DNA from: a bacterium
GTDB taxonomy: Bacteria; UBA8248; JACPRG01; G963555815
Reading direction: 5' to 3'
NCBI GenBank assembly: GCA_965218795.1
Contig: OZ244653.1
Location: 992,001-1,056,000, forward strand
Length of the DNA: 64,000 bases
The position numbers and the translations under genes were made by a program. Of this stretch, positions 19,885 to 30,436 are shown piece after piece. A model generated the notes under the pieces. It worked only from the letters and a program-made list of their open reading frames with translations, made no database searches and had not been told where the DNA came from. Each line of letters starts with the position of its first letter. The first letter of the stretch is position 1.

Positions 19885-20325
19885 ATTGATTCAACGCTTG
19901 TGCCCGGCGAGAACGATGCAGGCTGAGGAAATTTTTCCGGGGGGCGCTTTTTGAAAAGCGCACCCCCCAGCAAAACTTTTCATTCGCGATGGCGTGCTTC
20001 GCACGCCATCGCAACAACTTCCATTTTCAAGATGCGGGAGCATCCCGCAGGGATGCGCGCATCCGGCACAGAGAAGTCCACGTTCCGCGCTGCAAGAGCA
20101 CACAGTCAGCCGGAATTCCCCTTACCGCGAGCAAGCCGGACCTTGGGCCCGGCCGTCAGAAGTTTTCGAGGGGGCGCTGGGGGAAGACACACTGTGTCAG
20201 TTCTCAGCGTTCGCATGCCTGGCGATGAGGCCATCGTAAGGCAATGCGCCACAAAGATTCTGATTCAGAGACAAATCCTCATCCGCGAAACAGCCGGCGC
20301 GCAAGCGTCCAACCAACCCCAAAGA
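19885..20325 (-). repeat. Dispersed mosaic repeat, copy 2 (longest, inverted)
   Basis: Reverse complement is colinear with 11905-12300. Confidence 0.85.
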
Positions 20326-20338
20326 GAATCTTTCTGAA

Positions 20339-22576
20339 TTACCCGCTGTTTCTCAAAACCGACAGTATCCTTTCGGGCATAACGGGGATATCCGTAATAC
20401 GCGCGCCGATGGCGTCGCTGATGGCGTTGGTGATGGCCGCGGGCGAAGCGTTGCAGGGGGGTTCACCGATGCCGCGCGCGCCTTTGGGCCCCATGCCTTC
20501 CCCCGACTCGGTGACGATGGTTCCCCAATCGCCGATATCCAGGGCCGTCGGGATCAGATAATCATGGAGGACCGGGTTGGCCATTCGGCCGTCTTCCATG
20601 ATGACCTCCTCGGTCAGAGCGTAACCGATGCCCATCACCGCGCCGCCTTCGATTTGGCCCTCGACGCTGACCGGATTGATGGCCGTCCCCACGTCGTGCG
20701 AGGCGACGAACTTCAACAGTTCGACCTCGCCGGTCGTCTCATCCACCATCACTTCCGCCGCGTGGACCCCCCAGGTGTAATCCGTCCAGCCCGCGAAGCC
20801 GTTGTACCGGTCGGCGCCCGCGTAGCCCAGGTCGGGGGTCTTGTATGAGCCCGTCGCCGCAATCGGCAGCCCTTTGGCCTGGGCGCGGACCACGGTCTCG
20901 GCGATCGGGACACCCTTGTCCGGCGCGGAGGACACGCGGATCCAGCCGTCCGCCATCGTCAGATCATCCCGGCGGGCCTCCAGCATCTCCGCGGCCGCTT
21001 CCTGAAGCGACCCCCGGACGATCTCCGAAGCGTGCTGCAGCGCCCGGCCTGACATCATCGTCTGCCGGCTGGAGGCCGTGTACCCGACCAGCGGCGTCGT
21101 GGCCGAATCCGAATTCAGGATGGAGACCTTCTCGAGGGGCAGGCCCAGCTCGTCGGCCACCACCTGGCAGGCGGTCGATGTTTGGCCCGCGCCCAGGTCG
21201 GACACACCGACGCGGATGAGGGCCGAGCCGTCCACGTCCATCCCGACAAAGCCCTCGGATGCGCTGAACGGCCGTCCGTAGCCCGTCATGTTCGCGGCGT
21301 ACCCCCGGCCGACGCGCTTCCCCGGCGGGGCCGGCGTATGGGGTCCCAGAACCTTTTCGACCTCATCGGTGAGCCGGGCGAGATCGACGTGACGTTCCAG
21401 CCGTTGCCCGACGGAGAGCCGATCCCCCGTTCTCAGATAGTTTTTCCTTCGCACCGCAAGGGGATCCATCCCCAGGGCCTTGGCGACCTCGTCGATCTGG
21501 CCTTCCACGGCGAAGGTGATCTGGTTGCATCCGACCCCGCGCATGGCGTCGGAAAACGGCCGGTTCGTGACCGCCCCGTGAACGCGGGCGCGGACGTTTT
21601 CAACGTTGTACGACCCTTGCGCCAGGACCATGGCCCCCATCGTAATGATGCCCGTATTCGTTCGGTAAGCGCCGGCGTCGGCCGTCACCTCCACGTCCAT
21701 GGCCGTGAGGGTTCCGTTTTTTTTCGCGCCCGTGCGGTACTTCATGACGAAGGGGTGCTTCTTGGAGCCGCCGAGCAGGGTGTCCTCCCGCGTCAGGACC
21801 AGCCGGACGGGCTTGCCCGTCGCCTGCGCCAGCAAGGCCAGCCACGTCGCGACGAGCGGCTGCTCCTTGCCGCCGAACCCGCCCCCCACCATCGGGCTCT
21901 GGATTCGCACCCTGCCCGCCGGAACGCCAAGCACCTTGGCCACCGACCGATAGTTCTCGAGGAGTTGGGTCGGCCAGCGGACGTTGATCACGCCGGTCGA
22001 ATCGATCCAGGCCACGCCGGCCTCGGGCTCGATGAAGCAGTGGTCCGCCTGCCGGGTCGTATAGGTACGTTCGACGACGATGTCGGCATCGGCCAGGGCC
22101 GCCTCCGGGTCTCCCCGCGTCAGCGAGAACTTGCCGACCTCGGCTTCGGGCTGCCGGGAAATGGCTTCGTCGGGATCGTAGACCCCGGGCTCCGGACGGA
22201 GCCGGGGCGCGAGAGCATCGGCGGCGGCCTGCGCGGCATCCGGGGAATCGGCGGCGAGGAGGGCGATGGCGTCCCCGGCGGACCGGATATACCCGCTGGC
22301 AAGAACGGGAAAATCATCACCGTGGGCTTGATTGGCGCCCGGGACATCCTCGGCGGTCAGGACCGTGCGAACTCCGGGCAGGTTGCGGGCGGATTTAACG
22401 TCCATGGCGTCGAGGACGACCGATGCGACCCCGCTGCGGACAACCCTTCCGTACAGACATCCCGGGATGTCGAAGTCATCCGCGAACAGCGTCCCGCCCA
22501 CGGCCTTTTCAACAGCGTCCGCGCGCGATACCGACTGCCCCACCATCTTCCAGGAGTCTCGCGTTTCAACCGTCAC
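20339..22576 (-). CDS. Xanthine dehydrogenase-family molybdopterin-binding subunit
   Basis: VGGGFGGK, AMRGVG, DLGAGQ, ASSRQT, GQIEGG, RGIGEPP. Confidence 0.93.
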   Translation of the reverse strand: MTVETRDSWKMVGQSVSRADAVEKAVGGTLFADDFDIPGCLYGRVVRSGVASVVLDAMDVKSARNLPGVRTVLTAEDVPGANQAHGDDFPVLASGYIRSAGDAIALLAADSPDAAQAAADALAPRLRPEPGVYDPDEAISRQPEAEVGKFSLTRGDPEAALADADIVVERTYTTRQADHCFIEPEAGVAWIDSTGVINVRWPTQLLENYRSVAKVLGVPAGRVRIQSPMVGGGFGGKEQPLVATWLALLAQATGKPVRLVLTREDTLLGGSKKHPFVMKYRTGAKKNGTLTAMDVEVTADAGAYRTNTGIITMGAMVLAQGSYNVENVRARVHGAVTNRPFSDAMRGVGCNQITFAVEGQIDEVAKALGMDPLAVRRKNYLRTGDRLSVGQRLERHVDLARLTDEVEKVLGPHTPAPPGKRVGRGYAANMTGYGRPFSASEGFVGMDVDGSALIRVGVSDLGAGQTSTACQVVADELGLPLEKVSILNSDSATTPLVGYTASSRQTMMSGRALQHASEIVRGSLQEAAAEMLEARRDDLTMADGWIRVSSAPDKGVPIAETVVRAQAKGLPIAATGSYKTPDLGYAGADRYNGFAGWTDYTWGVHAAEVMVDETTGEVELLKFVASHDVGTAINPVSVEGQIEGGAVMGIGYALTEEVIMEDGRMANPVLHDYLIPTALDIGDWGTIVTESGEGMGPKGARGIGEPPCNASPAAITNAISDAIGARITDIPVMPERILSVLRNSG

Positions 22577-22812
22577 CGCGGCTTCCTTCCCGGTACGTCA
22601 GGGTGGGCAAAAGCTCCACCCGAGCCCGCCGAGGTCGTTCCCGGCTGCTCACAATCCATTGTCAAACGCAGGAACCATGGCCTTTTCAGTTTACGAAATC
22701 TCCTGATCCAACTCAACAATCCGGGAAGGTTTTCGGGGAGGAGGAGGAATCCATGTGTCAAAGCAGGGGGAGAGCCCATCCCCGGAGCGCACATGCTTGA
22801 TCGCTGGTCTCC

Positions 22813-22838
22813 TGGATTCCTGCCTGCGCAGGAATGAC
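22813..22838. repeat. dRS3/REP-like palindrome (TGGATTCC-N-GGAATGAC family)
   Basis: tggattcctgcctgcgcaggaatgac; related copies at 7209-7234, 10810-10834, 59203-59255, 59467-59492. Confidence 0.75.
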
Positions 22839-23039
22839 GGGCTGGGGGCGCCGCGGGAATGATGAATTGAGGGATCTGCGTTGCTCTATTCGGTCATTCC
22901 TGCCCCTGTCGGATACATGCAGGGGCGGGCCCTCGACCCGATCAGGCGCGTGATTCCGGGATGCGCGGTGTTTGCCAGCTTCTATGGGAACCCGGCCCAC
23001 TCCGAATTAGACCGATTCCCGGCGAAATTGAAAAAAGCG

Positions 23040-24434
23040 TCAGAGGATCGGCCACTTCGGCTTGATCAGATCCCACAATTCGGATTTGCTCGCGATCACC
23101 TCGCCCCGCTTCTGGGCCTCTTCGAGAATCTTGCCTTCATCCAGCGTCAGGACGTTTCCCGCCTCCATGACGACCCGCCCGTTGCAGATGACCGTATCCG
23201 CCCCGCCGCGGGAGCTGTAGACCAGGTTGGCGATGGGGTTGAGGATGGGCCGCCACTCCACGCTCCGGGTTTCGAACGCCGCGATGTCCGCCTTCTTTCC
23301 GGTTTCGATGGACCCGATTTCGTCCTCCCAGAGCGCGGCCTTCGCGCCGTTGAGCGTCCCCATCTCCAGGACCGTCTCCGGCGGCATGATGGTCGGATCC
23401 AGGCGCTGGGCCTTGCACCCGCCCGAGGCCAGGAACATCTCCCGCACGATGTCCAGGTAGTTGCTGGACATGGCCGCGTCCGACCCCAGGGCCACCGTGA
23501 TGCCGAGCTCGATCATTTCGGGGAAACGACCGAACTCCATGCTTCCCATGCCCAGCCGGTAGCCGGTGGAAGGCGTGCAGGAAACCTTCAGGTCGTGCTT
23601 CATGCACAGCACAATCTCTTTCGGGCTCGCCCATCCCATGTGGATCAGGACCATGTTCGGTCCCAGGGCGCCGAGCGCTCCCACGCGCTCCACGTCCGGC
23701 AGGCCGTGCCGCATGCGCGATGCGACGGTCTCGTCGCGGGACTCGGAGGCATGCATCACTACGCCGACCCGATGAGAATCGGCCAGCTTCTTGATTTCCT
23801 GGATGATCCGATCCGAGCAACCGGAGAGGATCCGAAGGGCGAACCAGGCCTTGACCCGGCCATCGTGCGCGCCGTTGTATTTCTCCACAATCTCTTCGCC
23901 CTTCCGGAGGGCGTCGTCCGTCGTTTCGCGGAACATCTTGCCGGGAAGCGAGCCGATGGGGGTGTCGTGAACGTCGAACGCCGTGCGGGCGATGATCCCC
24001 CGCAACCCGCTCTCCCCCACGGCTCTTGCCGTCTCGGACGGGAAATAGCTGCCCGGATCGATATAACAGGTCGTCCCCGCCCGGATCAGTTCGAGCTGAC
24101 AGGCGAGCGCGGCCCAGTAGGCGTCCTCCTCCATCAGCTCCTTTTCATAGCCGTACAGGCGCTCCAGGAGATGAACGGGAATGTCGCATTCGTCCGCCAG
24201 ACCCCGGCCGAGCTGCTGGGTGTTGTGCACGTGCGTATCCACCAGGCCGGGCATGACCAGCTTGCCCCGCGCGTCGATCTCCTGATCGGCCTGGAATCCT
24301 TTGGAAACCTCGTCCGTCTTTCCAACGGCGGTGATCCGGTCATCCTGGATGGCCACCGCCCCATCCTGGAGGATCCGCCGATCAGCGTCCATGGTGACCA
24401 GCCAGTCCGCGTTCTTGATCAAAATCGTGCTCAT
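23040..24434 (-). CDS. Amidohydrolase (MtaD/AtzB-like deaminase family)
   Basis: PGLVDTHVH, MHASES, LIHMGW, ALGSD, GSIETGKKAD. Confidence 0.9.
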   Translation of the reverse strand: MSTILIKNADWLVTMDADRRILQDGAVAIQDDRITAVGKTDEVSKGFQADQEIDARGKLVMPGLVDTHVHNTQQLGRGLADECDIPVHLLERLYGYEKELMEEDAYWAALACQLELIRAGTTCYIDPGSYFPSETARAVGESGLRGIIARTAFDVHDTPIGSLPGKMFRETTDDALRKGEEIVEKYNGAHDGRVKAWFALRILSGCSDRIIQEIKKLADSHRVGVVMHASESRDETVASRMRHGLPDVERVGALGALGPNMVLIHMGWASPKEIVLCMKHDLKVSCTPSTGYRLGMGSMEFGRFPEMIELGITVALGSDAAMSSNYLDIVREMFLASGGCKAQRLDPTIMPPETVLEMGTLNGAKAALWEDEIGSIETGKKADIAAFETRSVEWRPILNPIANLVYSSRGGADTVICNGRVVMEAGNVLTLDEGKILEEAQKRGEVIASKSELWDLIKPKWPIL

Positions 24435-24771
24435 GCCTTCGCCTCCCGTCCCGTTAACGGAATGGACCGATTCAGGTTTCCAGAATCGATGAATGCCCCG
24501 GACCGATTGCGGAGTATACCGATGGTGTAACACAAACGGACGATCAAAGCCAAAGGGACAGAGGGACATTTTGAGACGACGTATCTCCTGCTTTCTTGAC
24601 ACCCCTCCTTTCGATTGGATACGCTCGCTGAATCCAACGGAAGATTGAGACCCGTACGGCCCGGAAAGGCGCTCGCGCCGGTTTCTTGCCCCGGCACTCT
24701 ATCTGGGAGGTGTCGATCCGTGATCAGGCTTCCTCTTCGCCACACCGGCGTCCCGCCATAGGAGAGGCTTC

Positions 24772-25956
24772 ATGCTGGTTGCAACCAAAGAGATCGTACT
24801 GCCCACGACCATCACCGGCTCCCTGCCCAGGCCGCACTGGTACACCGCCGCCCTGGGCGACCGATCCTTCCGGGAGGCCCTGTCCGATGTGAAGTATCGC
24901 GAGCAATACCTCGACGCCGTTTCCTCCTATATCCGGGACCAGGAACGCGCCGGGCTGGACATCGTGACCGACGGCGACTGCCGGTTCGACCCGGACGTCG
25001 GCGGGATGTCCTGGTTCACCTACGCGGCCCGGAGGCTGGGGGGAATGGAGGGATACGACCCCTATCGGGTCCAGAAGGGCTACCAGGGCGCGGGCCGGGG
25101 AGATATCGTCTTCGAGATCATGGAATCCCGCCTGATGCCCCGGGCCGTCGGGGAAATTTCGCGCGGCCATCTGGACTACACGCCCATCTGGAAAACCGCC
25201 CAGCAGATGACCGCCAAGCCAGTCAAGTTCGGAACGATCACCCCGGAGCTGGTCGCCACCTCCGTGGGGAACGATTTCTACAAGAACCGCCGCGAACTGA
25301 TCCTGGCTACGTCGGCCGCCTTCAACGAGGAGCTGAACCAGCTGGCGGACGCGGGCGCCAGCGTCATCCAGATGGAGGAGCCCTCCATCCACCTCATATC
25401 CATCAAGCGGCACCAGGACATGCAAGAGGAAGAGCTGACCGTCGATTTTTACGTGGACGTGTTCAACGGAACAGTGAAGGGCCTGCGCGACAAGACGGAG
25501 GTGTGGTGCCACACCTGTTGGGGTAACCCGGGACAGCAGCGCCTGTTCGCCGAGCCCCAGTCCTACGAGCCCGCGCTGGAAGACCTGAACCGCCTCGACT
25601 GCGACGTTCTCACCTTCGAGACCGCCAGCACGGACGGGATGGACCTGGCGGCCATCGGCCGGGTCATCACCGAGAAAAAGGTCGCCATCGGCGTGGTCGA
25701 CCACCGCAACCTTCAGGTGGAACGGCCGGATGACGTCGCGGGTCTCATTCGAAGGGCGCTGGAACACATCCCCGCAGAGCGGCTGGTCATCTCCACGGAT
25801 TGCGGATTCGGACGCGAAGGGCTCACCCGCCGGGTGTCGTTTTTCAAGATGGCCGCCATCGTCCGGGGGACCAACATCGTGCGCAAGGAGCTGGACCTGC
25901 CGGAAGCGGAGTGCCCCGCGGCGGACCCCGGGTATCAGATCGCCGAAGAAGAATGA
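24772..25956 (+). CDS. Cobalamin-independent methionine synthase II family protein
   Basis: TGSLPRP, QERAGLDIVTDGD, Zn ligands HTC and TDCGF. Confidence 0.9.
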   Translation: MLVATKEIVLPTTITGSLPRPHWYTAALGDRSFREALSDVKYREQYLDAVSSYIRDQERAGLDIVTDGDCRFDPDVGGMSWFTYAARRLGGMEGYDPYRVQKGYQGAGRGDIVFEIMESRLMPRAVGEISRGHLDYTPIWKTAQQMTAKPVKFGTITPELVATSVGNDFYKNRRELILATSAAFNEELNQLADAGASVIQMEEPSIHLISIKRHQDMQEEELTVDFYVDVFNGTVKGLRDKTEVWCHTCWGNPGQQRLFAEPQSYEPALEDLNRLDCDVLTFETASTDGMDLAAIGRVITEKKVAIGVVDHRNLQVERPDDVAGLIRRALEHIPAERLVISTDCGFGREGLTRRVSFFKMAAIVRGTNIVRKELDLPEAECPAADPGYQIAEEE

Positions 25957-26041
25957 ATCCCCAGGACCGGATCGCGCGCCATCGCCGGCGATTCAAGGGC
26001 GGAGGTTCGGTTGAAGACGGGGCGCGGAAGGGAGTGCGGAC

Positions 26042-26653
26042 ATGCCCAGAATACCGTACTGCGATGAAGTGGAAACGCCGCCGGAGATGGTCCCGCTTTT
26101 CGAGGAGGCTCAACGGCAATGGGGCAACGAGCGGCCAAGGTACTTCCGGCTCTTCGGCCACGCCCCCGCCTTCGTCGAGGCCTGGCAGCTCATCGACCGG
26201 AAGCTTCGGCTGGACCGCTTGAAAGCGGGCGATTCTGAATTCGTCAAGCTGGAGCAACTGGCCATCCTCAGAACCAGCTATATCAACACCTGCAACAACT
26301 GAATCGGCCACAACGAGGAGCTCGGTCGGGCTCTCGGGTACACCGAAGAACATGTCGCTCTCCTGCAGGGGGACGACTGGCGGGACAGCGACCTCTTCAG
26401 CGAACAGGAAAAAGCGGTCATCGCGTGGTCCGAGGCGATCACGCGTCATACGGCCAAGGAAGACGAAGCCGCATTCCAGGCCATGCGGAAGCACTTCAAC
26501 GACCAGGATCTCGTCACCCTGACGATTTTTGCCGGGCTATGGAACTGCTCCAACCGCATCGCCGAGGCGCTCCACCTGCTGGTCGAGCCGCCCGGCGGCC
26601 GGATCGGGTTTCAGAAGGAAGACCTGAGAGTGTCGAAGGGCGAAACATCGTGA
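26042..26653 (+). CDS. AhpD/carboxymuconolactone-decarboxylase-like selenoprotein (CxxU)
   Basis: The 86-aa ORF ends at NTCNN-TGA (26300-26302), but the frame continues IGHNEELGRALGYTEEH..FSEQEKAVIAWSEAIT..HFNDQDLVTLT..NRIAEAL to TGA 26651-26653; hairpin gagctc-GGTC-gggctc follows the UGA. Confidence 0.88.
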
Positions 26654-26679
26654 GCATTGGAGCACGGACTTATCAAATT

Positions 26680-26822
26680 TCTCTTGGGGGTTTGTTGGGC
26701 GCTTGCGCGCCGGCCATTTCGCGGATGAAAAGTTTTGCTGGGGGGGGCGGGGGGGGGCGTCTTTCAAAAAGCGCCCCCCGAAAAATTTCCCCAGCCTGCA
26801 CCGTTCTCGCCGGATACAAGAA
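26680..26822 (+). repeat. Dispersed mosaic repeat, copy 3 (internally deleted)
   Basis: Left and right ends of the element joined at the shared ATGAA word. Confidence 0.8.
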
Positions 26823-27062
26823 GTGGACAATTTCCGATACCCCTGGCCAGCCCGGCTGCGGCGCTCTTGAGGTGCGGGGAAATCGCGGAGGACCGTTGCC
26901 GACGAAAGGGAGATCCATCGCTTCGCTCGGGACAGGCTCCGCCCCTCCCTTACAGCCGTGCGGAGCACGGCGAAACCGCAGTGGCACGTTGCCACCGAAA
27001 AACGCCCCCCGGAAAAAATCTTCCCGGCCCGCCAGGGATCGTTTTGTTCCCGGTCTTTCCGG

Positions 27063-28082
27063 CTAAATCTTCACCACCGCCCGGCCGGGGATGTTTCCCT
27101 CCCGCAGGACGCGGTGGGCTTTCTCCAGCTCTTCGAAATCGAACGTCCGGCTGACGATCGGCTTCAGAACGCCCCGACCCGCGAGGTCCGCCACCTCGGC
27201 CAGTTCCTGCCTGGTCGTGTTCCGCGAACCGAGAATTTCCCACTCCTTGACGACGATCTCGATTCCCGAGACCGACATCTCGAGACCCGTATGGGTCCCG
27301 ATGATCACCATGCGCCCGCCCACCGCCAGGCACCGGAAGCTGGCTGCGTAGGTTTCCCCGCCCACGAGCTGAATGATCTTGTCCGCGCCCTCCCCGTCCG
27401 TGCGCTCCAGCACCTCCGCCGGCCAATCCGAATCGGCCGGCAACGCCGCGTCGGCCCCCATCTCCCGGACGGCCTCCACTTTGTCTCCCGGAAGATCGAC
27501 GCCGATCACCGTGGCCCCGCAAAGTTTGGCGATCTGGACGGCGTGAACGCCCACGCCTCCGCCCGCGCCCACAATCGCAACGGTCTCGCCGGGTTTCACT
27601 TCGGCCCGGACTTTGACGGCGTGGTAGGGGGTGCCGAGGGCGTTCGCCAATATCGAGGCTTCTTCGAACGATAGTGAGTCCGCAATCGGGACCAGCATGT
27701 CCGCCGGGAGGGTCATGTACTCGGCGAAACCGCCGTCCGCCTCGGCCCCCAAATGACCGCCGAAGCTCAAGCAGAGGGTCTCGCGCCCCGACCGGCAAAA
27801 CCTGCATCGCCCACAGGTCAGGTAAAGGGTGGAGGCCGCCCGGTCGCCGGGCGAGACGTTCTCCACGCCTCCGCCCACGCCTTCGACCTCCCCTGCCACT
27901 TCGTGTCCAAGGATAAGAGGCAGCTTGGCTCCCGGCCACTTGCCGTCCCGGATGGTCAGGTCGAACTGATCCACGGCGCAGGCGCGAACGCGAACCAGGG
28001 CCTCTCCGTGATCGGGTTCGGGGACCGGGAGTTCCTCAATCCGGAGAGGCCCGCCGAACTCGTGAAGGACATGGGCTCGCAT
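27063..28082 (-). CDS. Zinc-binding (MDR) alcohol dehydrogenase family protein
   Basis: LGHEVAG, CGRCRFC..C structural Zn, GAGGGVG. Confidence 0.92.
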   Translation of the reverse strand: MRAHVLHEFGGPLRIEELPVPEPDHGEALVRVRACAVDQFDLTIRDGKWPGAKLPLILGHEVAGEVEGVGGGVENVSPGDRAASTLYLTCGRCRFCRSGRETLCLSFGGHLGAEADGGFAEYMTLPADMLVPIADSLSFEEASILANALGTPYHAVKVRAEVKPGETVAIVGAGGGVGVHAVQIAKLCGATVIGVDLPGDKVEAVREMGADAALPADSDWPAEVLERTDGEGADKIIQLVGGETYAASFRCLAVGGRMVIIGTHTGLEMSVSGIEIVVKEWEILGSRNTTRQELAEVADLAGRGVLKPIVSRTFDFEELEKAHRVLREGNIPGRAVVKI

Positions 28083-28099
28083 AGTCGATCTCTCTCCCT

Positions 28100-28395
28100 G
28101 ATTTTTGGGGCCTTTTTTGGTGCTTGCGCGCTAGTCAGCCAGACTCGCCTTCGCCGCGAGCAGGCCGAGCTCAATGTAAGCGGGGGCGCTTTTTGAAAGG
28201 CGCCCCCCGCACCCCCCGCAAAACTTTTCATTCACGATGCCGTGCTTCGCGCGCCATCGCAACAACTGGCACCTTGACCGGATGCCGGAGGCTTTTGCAG
28301 GAAGGCGGACTGAAAGCCCGCCCTACCGGGGTTTGAAGGGGCAGACACGGCCTGCTCCGGTTCGCCGGGCGCAAGCGTTGAATCAATGAAGATAT
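28100..28395. repeat. Dispersed mosaic repeat, copy 4 (rearranged blocks)
   Basis: Contains blocks of copies 1/2 in shuffled order and orientation. Confidence 0.75.
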
Positions 28396-28397
28396 CC

Positions 28398-29225
28398 TCA
28401 TCCAGCCCGGTCGCGGCTGGGGACGCCCGCCTGTTTCAGGGCCTCTTCCACTTCGTCCATCGTCTGGCGGCCCCAAACGAGCTGACCGTCCACGACGAAC
28501 GTCGGCACGCCGAAGACCCCGGCGCAGGCCCCATCGGCCCGGTGCTGATCGATGATGGCCTCGAACGCCCCGGACTCGACCGCCTCATCCATCTCCGCGA
28601 CATTGAGCCCCACGTCCTCGGCGATGCGATCCAGGACCAGCGGGTCTCCGATGTCCACATGCCGCCCGTGCATAGCCTCCAGAAGGGTTTTGATCAGGGC
28701 CATCTCCATGCCCTGTAGCCGGGCATACTCCGTGCACATATGCAGGCGGCGGGTGTTGAATCGAATCGGGGACCGGGTCTTGGCCAGCTCGAGTCCGAGG
28801 ATTTTTCCGACCGCGCGGCTCTGATCCCACCGCCACGCCATCACTTCCTTGGGGGCGGGGGAGCGGTCGAACGGCTTCCATTCCGGCCGTTGCTGGAAGG
28901 CGCGCCAAGAAAACTCGACGGCGTATTTCTGCGACAAAGCCTCGCAAACCGGAACGGCCAGCCAGGAATTCTGGGACTGGTAGTCGAAGTAGACCGGCAC
29001 GGTCAATGGGCCGGGCGAGGCCAGGATTTCAGCCAGGAGGGTTTCGAGCTCCTTTTTTTTCTTTTCGTCGATGAGGAGCCACGTCGACCGGTGAAACGCG
29101 CCGATGGATCGGACGGCCATGCGCGTGCGGAGGCCATGAAGCTGTCGGGGCGTGAGCGCGGGAATCCTGGCGCGGACGATTCGGGGACGGACCTTCTCGT
29201 ACTGTACGATCGGCTTCGTGGCCAT
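28398..29225 (-). CDS. DsbA-family / 2-hydroxychromene-2-carboxylate isomerase-like protein with N-terminal extension
   Basis: VYFDYQS..W, GVFGVPTFVVDGQLVWG. Confidence 0.8.
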   Translation of the reverse strand: MATKPIVQYEKVRPRIVRARIPALTPRQLHGLRTRMAVRSIGAFHRSTWLLIDEKKKKELETLLAEILASPGPLTVPVYFDYQSQNSWLAVPVCEALSQKYAVEFSWRAFQQRPEWKPFDRSPAPKEVMAWRWDQSRAVGKILGLELAKTRSPIRFNTRRLHMCTEYARLQGMEMALIKTLLEAMHGRHVDIGDPLVLDRIAEDVGLNVAEMDEAVESGAFEAIIDQHRADGACAGVFGVPTFVVDGQLVWGRQTMDEVEEALKQAGVPSRDRAG

Positions 29226-29489
29226 GTCGTAATCTCCCGGTAAAAAATTGAACCACCCGCCTGCGGATCAGTTCGTGGGGTGGCCATTCGCTTGGTCCTG
29301 GCGGCCCTGGCTTCGGGACCAACTCCAGCCCGAAGTATTCAAATGCGGGCAACCCATATCGCTTCGACAAAAACCGCGCATCGGGCGCGGGAAATCCGGC
29401 CGGGTCAAACCGCTGCCGTCGAAGCGTCCAACTGGTACAAACCCTCATGAAACGCCTTCTGCCGATAACGGGGCGCCCGGTCTTTTCCA

Positions 29490-29672
29490 TCAGGGCGTCA
29501 ATGGACCCGGCTTCACGTACTTGAGTTGAAAGAAGTAGCGGAGGAACGACCTCAGCCCATCCTCATCCACGTCATAACGGTCTTCCTTGAACGGCGTCAC
29601 CGCCGCGACGAACAGCCGATCAAACCTTCCGTCATGCCAGCGTTCTTCGCCGATGGCCTTTCCCTCCGTCAA
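29490..29672 (-). pseudogene. Dihydrodipicolinate-synthase-family N-terminal remnant
   Basis: LFVAAVTPFKEDRYDVDEDGLRSFLRY, then breaks off. Confidence 0.6.
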
Positions 29673-29974
29673 TACTTCCTTCAGCGAATACCCTTCATTC
29701 TACCCGACAAAATCAGGAATCACGCCTTTTGTGAAAGATGGCCTGCCCGAAAGTTTAGGCGACAACCGGCTTTGATCGGAATTTCCCGGATCCCCGATGC
29801 TCATGTATATTAGGAAATCAAAGAACCAAAACGCGCGCCAACGAGGACAAGCACATATCGGTCGGGGGAATCGGAGGATATTCATTCGCCTTGACCGGTT
29901 GACAACGGCTTCGGCAATCAACGCGGGCGGGGAGCCATCCCGCTCCGTTATTCATCTTCCATTGAAGGTTCACC

Positions 29975-30427
29975 ATGACGACGATCTCCCGGGAATTGGC
30001 CGATTGGGTTGTTTCCCTGAAGTACGACGACATCCCGTACAACGTCATTGAGAGCGCAAAGACCGCGTTCCTGGACGTCGTGGGAATCGCTTTGGCCTCT
30101 TCCGGCATGGAGTTCGGGCGGGACGCCGTCGCCTTGGCCCACGATCCGGGAACGGGGGGGAAGGCATCGGTCCTCGGGTTCGACCTCCGCCTGCCTGCCC
30201 CCAACGACGCCCTGGCCCACGGGCTGGATTATGACGACACCCACGCCGAATCCGTCATCCACACAAGCGCGTGCGTCGTGCCGGCCGCCCTCGGCGCCGC
30301 TGAAGCCGACGGGGCCGATGGCCGGGCCCTTTCCGACGACCGGGTGGGTGAGGCCCTCGCCGTTCTCCGCGGGCTGGCATCGGTTCCGGATCTCTCGGGG
30401 TTGATGTCTCTCTGCCGTCCCGCCTGA
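29975..30427 (+). pseudogene. MmgE/PrpD family protein, internally deleted
   Basis: AKTAFLDVVGIALA..LAHGLDYDDTH..IHTSACVVPAAL joined directly to a C-terminal helix; about one third of normal length. Confidence 0.8.
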
Positions 30428-30436
30428 GCCCCTCTC

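Noticed and set aside
21182-24530. Long antisense ORFs here and at 12009..13262, 29948..31678, 36736..38433, 60150..63911
   Set aside because: They shadow well-supported genes on the opposite strand, as expected from high-GC codon bias, and have no motifs.
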